A DNA stretch of 60,450 bases, filler included, from Platydemus manokwari (Eukaryota): NCBI GenBank assembly GCA_037951405.1. It is 5 parts of 5 records of this genome, joined end to end, with 100 filler letters (N's around TTAATTAATTAA, not from the genome) between each part and the next. Parts side by side here need not be neighbours in the genome. Positions count along the whole stretch, not along the records: positions 49,868 to 60,450 come from JBBMOY011121996.1; 4 more parts are not named here. One strand, written 5' to 3'. The notes beneath the pieces are model-generated. The model made no database searches. It was not told the origin of the DNA and saw only the letters and a list, made by a program, of their open reading frames with translations. Positions 52,172-60,450 of the stretch are shown here, piece after piece. The translations under genes and the position numbers were made by a program. Positions within the stretch are counted from its first letter, which is position 1; every line of letters starts with the position of its first letter.

Positions 52172-54944
52172 TAAAATATCGATTTATTTTTTTTATAATA
52201 ATACTCTTTAATTTGTTTATTTAATTATTTTTTATTAATAATATTATTATATATTTATTGATCACATGTTTATATCTAAATATATTTATAATTCATTTTA
52301 AATTCACTGATTCCAAAATATCAGTTCTTACAAACATTTTTTGCTATGTTAGGATTTCGAAAAAACATAGGCTCCGTTATGTGCATGCTATTGTGTATTA
52401 AACCCACCGTTGTATTGATGTATAAAAATATTTATTTACATGATATAATATTTCATATTTTTTGTTGCAAAATTTTTGGAAAGCTCTGCATTTGATATAA
52501 ATTAAAATACAACATAATTTAGGGCCAGGATAATATTGTATTATCCATTTAAAATATCCCTTAAAATATTACAATTTAAAGATCCTTTAAAAATTCCACT
52601 TATAATAAAAAATACCTATAAAATAATAATAGAAAATAACCCGTTATGTATTACCACGCAGTAAACATTTATCATCAATTATCTCGCACTACATCTCAAA
52701 TATATAGAATAAATCTAATAGTTGTGCATTAAATAAAATAGCTGTGCATTAAAATAATCATAGAGATTTTCTGTCTGCCACAGTGGACTTGTTTTCAGAG
52801 AATTACTCTGTGCCTCAATAAGACTCAGTGCAATAAACATATATGCACTTTATTAAAAAGATATTCGCAGAAAATATCTGCGAATGAGTCGTCGCTGCAT
52901 ATATAAGGTAGTAACTGCAATTAATAAACACATCGACAGTATAACAGCAATACATAAACACAATAGCAGTATCGATACATAGCTATTTCATTCGAATCGT
53001 GGTAATGCGACTCGACGGAAGTAGATTCAATTGCGCATAAGGGATCCAGACTTTGTATATGCCCAGATATTAACCAGAGCTTTTGCCAGAAGTTTGTAAA
53101 AATCTGTCCGTTTATGTGTAAAGAAGTATTTGTAAAACCTAAATTTTATTAAGTGTATACAAGTAGTAATTTATAAATTTATTGTTATCGTTGTATAATT
53201 GTAGTAATTTATATCAATCGATTTTAATATTACATAATACATTTTTAAAATAATTCTTTTAATATAAAGTTTTGAAGTGAAGCAAAGTGATTTAATGCTA
53301 TAATAATATTAGATTATTTTGAAACAAAAGAAAATGAAGTAAATTCTCAAATAGATTGTAATATTATGCTGGCATTTGTAATTTATTTAAATTTTAAATT
53401 TTTAAAGGCTGATGATACATCGGTTATGGATCTTATTACCTCTGTTGTGGTTTAGGGTTTTTGATTAACCTATATATGTGAGTTCTATATACTACCGGTT
53501 GAAGCGCAATGTCAATCCGCTAGGTGCGTGCTCCTATGTTCTTAATCAATAAACAAATATCAATAGACAATGATAACAATAAAAGCCAATTATGAGATTT
53601 ATTTATCCTTTTATAACAGTATACAAGTGTTATTTTACAACTACAAAGAAGCTTCCCTTCAAATTTTTAACCAAATTAATTACTTTTTCAGACGAACAAT
53701 ATCCCAAATGAACAACACGCATATTATAGAAAATTATTTTCAACTAGGGAAGGCTCCGATAGCGAACACCCTTTATGCTGATATATATATATATATACAT
53801 ATATAATATGGGTGGACCCCTTCACTACTCTTTCTTTTTAATTCTTAAGTCACACCTTTATGCTAAATATGCTAATTATGCTAAAATATGCCCACATTTT
53901 AATTAATTAATTTTTGCCCATATTTATTATTATTATTCCTCATAATAATTATTAATATTATAATTATCATATAAAATAATAATTAGTATTACTTCATAAT
54001 TAGAATTTTATAATTTTTATTTTTTATAAATAATTTTTTCACATAAATCGAAATATAATACAATTATTTCATGCAAGATCAGATAAAAGTAAAATAAAAT
54101 AAAATCAGAATAGTCATAAAAGTAAAATGTAACTGTTAATTATGACAAATTATTCGTCCATGTCTACCTTCCATTGTAGACTCTGATAGGAGGAGGTTGA
54201 TTGATGAGGCTATTTGATCTTTTGATATAGGGATGATATTGTTGAGGCTGAACTGGTTGTTGATTTATTTGTGGATCCCATTCTGTTACACCTCTTATAT
54301 ATTTAATAATATGAATTTGCTTATATGCTTTTAAAAAGTTATTTTATTTTGATAGCCTATCATGTAAAAATAAAACATTAATAAAAAATATGTTAGAATT
54401 CTTTAATTTACTAAATATAATTCATAATATACCAAATATTGTTGAAGAAACTGAAGAACATTATAAATTAAAAGCAATGGACAAAGATCAAAAAGTCGTA
54501 TAAGCTAAGGATATTTAAAAAAAATACTAATATAAATTTAAGTAATCTACATTTTTATTTAAATGAAGTAGTATTTGAACTTTTGATATAAATTATGATA
54601 CGTTTGATGAAACATGTAAAATACTACGCAGATACCATTTTGATGCAGAAGTTTGTTTTTCAGAATTACTCGAAACTGGAGGTGATATCGTATTTCACAA
54701 CTTTACCTTCGGAAATTAAGACAACGGAAAAAAGAAATATATATTTGATTCAACGTATAAACCTAAATTTTAACGAATTTTAACTATTAATTGTGGTTTT
54801 CTAAATTATTTGCTTTATGACTGCTGGCTATCCAATCAATCTACATTTTCCGATTTTATTAAAGTATTAATTTCATCATTTATCATCTTAAATATTAAAT
54901 ATATTAGAATTACAATTATTATGTCTTCATCTTGTATAAAACGT

Positions 54945-55335
54945 ATGACTTGGAAACATTTTACTGTTGTTGGAAATCAAAAATGAAATGATTGTTTATT
55001 ACAAAGTGTAGTAAAAAGGTATTAAAATATAGTTCATCCAAGTATTGGGGTTAGTCCAATTGAAGCAAGTAAAAACCTGGAAATTATTCGAGATATGATT
55101 GAAAAACATAATGATGGAAATTCAAGTTTGAATGCAAAACCAAAATTTAAAGTTTTAGGTTCGTGTAAGAATCTTTAAATATAAAAACAAATTTGAAAAA
55201 AGTTATATGACAAAATTAAATTAAGAAATATTCATTATTCAAGAAGTTTGTAAAGCTGAACCTGTAATATGTAAATTAATAGATTTAAATTGGGAAATTT
55301 TCTTGGAGGGTTTAATCAAAATTAGCTGGTAAAAC
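54945..55335 (+). mobile_element. Maverick/Polinton integrase C-terminal remnant
   Basis: WKHFTVVGNQK*ND.LLQSVVKRY*N.VHPSIGVSP...KPKFKV..RVRIFKYKNKFEKSY....EIFIIQEV....P....LIDL matches the Maverick integrase pattern MWKYFT..KW.D.L..YN..H.SI.M.P..KPKFKVGD.VRISK.K..F.KGY..W..EIF.I. Stops and frameshifts present. Confidence 0.8.
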
Positions 55336-55963
55336 AAGTTTTCTTTTAATTGAAACGAATTTTTGATAAAGATTTCAATGTCTGTAGCTCAGTCGTAGTA
55401 ATACCCATTTTAAATAATTTTTCTCTAATCTTCCATTCTATTGTTTATGTCATAACCATTTATAACGATATTATAAGTGAAAAATTGACATTATTTTTGA
55501 CTATATTTCTTTTGCTTTTTTTCTGGTGTCTCGAGTAGGACCTGAGGTTGTTGAAGGAAATTTTTTTTGTTGTGTGTGCATTGTCAAACACTGATAGTCA
55601 CTACCACTACACTGCAATTCGGCATGCTATAAATTGTATGATACAGTTTTATAAAGCATTGTTCTGTTGAATGTATTCTTGTGTTCATATTTATAATCTA
55701 AATATCAATTTTCATAGTAATTCAAAAATTATCTTAAAATGAAATTTAGATAGAAACGACAATAAAAATATTAATTATCATTATCATTATTAAAAATGCT
55801 GATAAACTGTTTTAGAAACATTTGTGTTTTGGATTTGAAGAGTTTAAAACAAGGATTTAAAATGAACACCATAAAATGATTAAAAAATAATAACTCCAGA
55901 AATTTAAACAATCACGTTGCGAGGAGATGATTAGTCTTTACTGAATCCAAATCTTTTTCATTC

Positions 55964-56804
55964 AACGTGTCATATCGTATTCGGTAATCATAAAATTCAT
56001 GATTTCACAAATAATAACAATATTATTAACCTATAACTTCATTATTTCGTTTCAATTAGTTATTTAATAGATATTTCACAAACTAATGATCAAGTGCTAG
56101 AATTGATAGAATTAATTAATAGAAAAATTTGTTACAACTGGTTGCTAATGGATTCCTACAAATATTCCTAGACTAGAACATTGGATAATATTTTATTAGA
56201 TTCGTTAATAATTGGAAAAGAATTATTTTATCAATAAATTCCAAATGAGATGAAAATGAAAATATTAAAAATATATTTTTAAAAATAAAATAAATTATTG
56301 AAAGAATTTCTAATAAAAAATCAAAATAGATTTCTTTCTTGAATCAATATTATGTCTCATCATCATCATCAGGATCATCATCATTACGATTAAAATATTT
56401 TGGAAAGATCCAAAATTTTGAATTAGATATTTTTAAAGTTCATTAAAAATGCTCACGTAAAATAAAAATAATATTAATATTAATAATAATAAAGTAAATT
56501 ATAAAGTTTTACTCAAACCTGATCATTCTCGTATAACGTGTCATATTGTATTCGATTATTCTGAAATTCGTGATTTCAAAAATAATAGCAAATACTATTA
56601 ATTTAAAACTTCATTATTTGGTTTCGATTAGTTATTTAATAGACATTTCACAAACTAATGCTCGAAATTGTTCCATGTGCTTGAATTAATAGAATTAATT
56701 AATACAAAAATCTGCCACAACCAGTTCTTAATGGATTCCTACAAATAATCTCATTCTGGAACATTGAATAGTGTTCTATTAGATTTGTTAATAATTGGAA
56801 AAGA
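55964..56804 (+). repeat. Diverged direct repeat (~260-270 bp copies at 55964-56221 and 56535-56804)
   Basis: Colinear shared blocks aacgtgtcatat, ttagttatttaataga.atttcacaaactaatg, taatggattcctacaaata and gttaataattggaaaaga. Confidence 0.85.
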
Positions 56805-56988
56805 TTCTCCTTGACAGTCAATTTAACTAATTGGCACCAAATGACAACATAATAGAATCCATGTTCACGTCGTTAGCTATATTCGTATTTCACCTGATTT
56901 TATGAAGAAATGAAGTGGTGGATTGTCAAGAAATATAAATTCGATAAAATTATATTATAAATAATCGAAACATAAAATCCGAAAGAAA

Positions 56989-58723
56989 ATGAAAAATCAA
57001 TTTCATTCATGTTTCCTGATATCGATTTGGTTGATAATGACAAGTGAGATATTTTTATCATTTATATTTTATATTTATTATCTCATCAAATTTTACAATG
57101 GAATACATCTTCATCTTTATATTTATTTAAGATTTTCTCCTCAAGATGTTTTCACTTTTATTTTAATTTATTAATTGATTTTTATCAATTTATTGATAGT
57201 GAGGATCGATTGCATGATAATCAGCGATTATCCAATGACATATGATGCTGCTTTAGATTTCTGTGCTGGAAGAAATATGCAAATGGTATCAGTTAATAGC
57301 AACAAGATCAATGTTTGACTCTTATATGTTTATTTAAAATCGTTAATTGGCTTCAATAAATACAGAATGATATCCATGAAATGGCCAAGAATAAAAGTCT
57401 AATATCGTATTGGATTAATGGAAATGACAGGGATCAAGAAAGTAGATGGATTGACAGTTCTGGAAATGAATTAGTATTCTGGTTTGGTTTCTTTATGTTA
57501 TCGGTGATGTTTTGAATTGATTGAACTAGGAACTGGATTATCAACGCGCCAAATGGAGGACATAACAAAAATTGTATTATTTCTATGGTTAAACATCATG
57601 GTAAATGGACCGATGAGTTCTGTAATGCTGAACACCATGTATTATGTACTGAAATGATTCCCAAATTTTCTAGAAATGTTACCAATACAAGTATAAAATT
57701 TCTTTTCCTATAGCAAATGTAACGACATCTGTTAATTTCAATGTTTAGAGAAAAATAATTTGGCGATCTTATTGAAAAGAGAAGTTAACTTCAAAGATGG
57801 AGTAGAGTTCTGTCGAACACTGAAAAAGAAATTATTGCATATCGATAGTGCTAGGAAAAATGTTTGATTATATAATTATCGAGGATTTATTAATAGATTT
57901 AATTCAGTTCAAAATATACAGTATGACAAAACGTTTTAATATTAATAATTATTGGATCGATGGAAGCGATGATAAACAAGAAAGTGTCTGGATCGATTCT
58001 AATAATAATTCGCTACTTTATACGTTAGCCATTGATAATATTATCATGAAACTATGATTCGAATTTTAGAAATTGGTATCGGACCCAACCGAGTGGATCT
58101 TACAATGAAAATTGTGTCGCTGGATCAATTAAACGACATGGTCAATGGATCGATATTAATTGTAACTCTCTAGCTACAGTGATTTGTGAGTCAATGAGTA
58201 AGACAATAATTTTAAAGTATTTTTTAACATAATTTTATTGATATTTCCAAGAAATCGATTGTACGAGACGGAATTATAAATTTTCAGCAACAAAAATGAA
58301 CTTCACGTCAGCTGTCAGGTTTTGCAAATCCCAAAATATGCATATCGTTCAAATCGATGACAATGTGGCACATGTGAGCTATTAATATCACGCTTCTATC
58401 TTCATTTAACATTTTAATGAAGTTATTTGTTCAAAATTTATCTGTGGTTCATAATTTGGATTCATATTGGATCAATGGTAATGATGAGAAACATGAAAGT
58501 CATTGGATCGATACGAATAATAATAATTTGGTGTACACGTAATCTTGTGATTGGATTGGATTAGATTAGGTGATTTATTGTGATGTTTAGAAATTGGGAG
58601 CTTGGACAACCAGATGGTGAAAAAGAAGAAAACTGTATTATTGGATTGAAATTCGACCAAGGAGCTTGGAATGATGTTTCTTGTAATTCGATGAATTTTG
58701 TGATTTGCAATTCGGCATTTTAA
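56989..58723 (+). CDS. Secreted C-type lectin with three tandem CTLDs, 390 aa; exons 56989-57043, 57200-57312, 57366-57481, 57530-57690, 57749-57861, 57908-58023, 58070-58197, 58252-58373, 58423-58538, 58591-58723
   Basis: All nine introns are GT-AG and phase-compatible, giving a 1173-nt CDS. A hydrophobic leader is followed by three domains, each with A/G..FC, YWI(N/D)G.D...ES.WID, NW...P, NC and W.D..C.....C. Domain 3 has QPD and WND. Exon 1 is the least certain. Confidence 0.9.
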
Positions 58724-60450
58724 TGAAAAATTGGTGTTAACAATGTTTGACATTTCTTTGTTTTGGATTTATTGGAGTGTCGATTGATAAAATATTTGGT
58801 GATTTGATTGATTTGATCGATTATGTACATTGGATCAGTTTTAGATTCGAAAATCCGTGACGATTATTAAAAATATTTGTTCTAAAACGTAAGCTTTTTA
58901 AGAAGTGTGCCTTTAAATGTCATCAAATTCCATAAAATCAATATTAACTGCTACAATGAATATTAAAAAATTTATTAAAATCTGTAAACGAATTAAAATG
59001 AAAATTTTAAATTATATTAAAATTAGGTAAATCAACTTCTAAATCATATTGACTTATAGAGATCAACTGTTATTATATTCTCTCATTTCAGTAACAACTT
59101 TTAAAGTCCTACTCTTTCTGCTTTTAGAGCTATTTATTCATATTTTATTCTATTTATAATCACTGAGATAAGGTTTCTTATTATATTATTATTTACTCAC
59201 AAAGCGAGCCCACTTGATCAAGAACATTTTTCGAACTGAGTTTTGCCACAGAACAAATAATTTATTTATCTAAAAACCAGTTATCTATATGAAAATTCGA
59301 ATTTTTCCAGAATTATAATCATGTCATGATTAACAATGCGATTGCACAGTTTTCACAAACTACGAAAATGACGTAGAATAAGAAAGATTTATTTTAAAAG
59401 CCAAATTGGAAATACAATGTGCATACACACTACATTAAATTTGAATGTCTTGCTGAGTATTTGAGATTTTTAAATGGCACCAATATGAATGGTTTTGATT
59501 TGAAATTGGTTCCTTTAAAACAACCTGCTTAGTCATCCACTAAAGAATATTTAATTTCCAAACTTTGAAATTCCCATATAAGCAATCTGTGAAGATTAAA
59601 ATAGTTATGTCTATAATATTTTAATTACTTCAATAATTTAAAACATATTTGTATAATTTCTTTAAATATAATTATAAAATATACTTTTTTGGTTGGACTT
59701 TTTAAATTGGATTGTAATTTGAATTTAATGAAATACCATCAATGAAATAGAGCTAATGTGAGCAGTTAGTAATTTATAATGAAAATAATATTTATGCATA
59801 TCTATTTATTTAAATAAGAGTTAGATTATTATGTAAGATTATTATGTTAGATTATTAACTGACACTGAAAGCCGAAATCTATAATTTAAAAATACTTTGA
59901 ACCAAATACAATTAGAAAGTACAATAAACCAACAATAGATATCTCTTTAGCAGGGATTAGCACCCGAAAGTTGAATACAAAAATGTAAACAACCACAAAG
60001 ACTGGTTGTTAGAAAAAAGCTCATGAAATCCAACTCCATTTATAGACTTATAACATGTGTTCAAAAGTTATCACACAATGGAGTAAAATCCTGAGTCTTA
60101 CTTATTAATCATATATTATTATTAATTATTATTATTAGTCACTATTAATTTCTTTATTAACGCAAATTTCTTACACTAATATATTATTCAACACGAAAGA
60201 TATGTAGTAGAGATTATTTGGTAAATGTTTTAGAACCAAAATCAAAATTATATTTAAAATTATCAATTTCAACCTGATAAAAGGGCACGCTATAAATAAG
60301 CTTCAGGCATTTATATTTTTTAATTCGATTTGAATTACTCTAAAACGGTATTATTTTATTATTTATAAATTATTTCGTATTTTGAAAGAAATCTAAAAAC
60401 CAATCTCCTTGATTTTTTCATTACTAATTTCAGATATGAATATTAATCGG

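Noticed and set aside
1-60450. Prokaryotic-type systems (CRISPR arrays, operons, defence islands), intact tRNA/rRNA genes, nuclear stop-codon reassignment
   Set aside because: The sequence is intron-containing eukaryotic DNA. I saw no repeat-spacer array or complete RNA gene, and host genes terminate at standard TAA/TGA.

Overview
Very AT-rich eukaryotic (metazoan) nuclear DNA. It consists of five contigs joined by artificial 100-nt spacers (44 N + TTAATTAATTAA + 44 N), so adjacency across the gaps is unreliable. Supported host genes: the first three exons of the motile-cilium gene CFAP45 (+, kb-size introns, largely invisible in the ORF track); a complete 4-exon Brr2/SNRNP200 spliceosomal helicase (-, 2142 aa); a 10-exon secreted C-type lectin with three tandem CTLDs (+, 390 aa, mostly 46-58 nt introns); an intronless 236-aa protein with an N-terminal CENP-B/pogo-type HTH; and an acidic orphan ORF or exon. 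Mobile and foreign DNA: a nuclear copy (NUMT) of mitochondrial cox2 with an unusually long internal insertion and signs of the flatworm/echinoderm mitochondrial code; Maverick/Polinton remnants (pPolB, probable major capsid, integrase); a ~765-bp TRIM with related solo LTRs; gag and pogo remnants; and tRNA-derived SINE-like heads. Overall the window looks like a flatworm (triclad-like) genome, which is inference only. All homology calls come from motif recognition by eye, not from searches.
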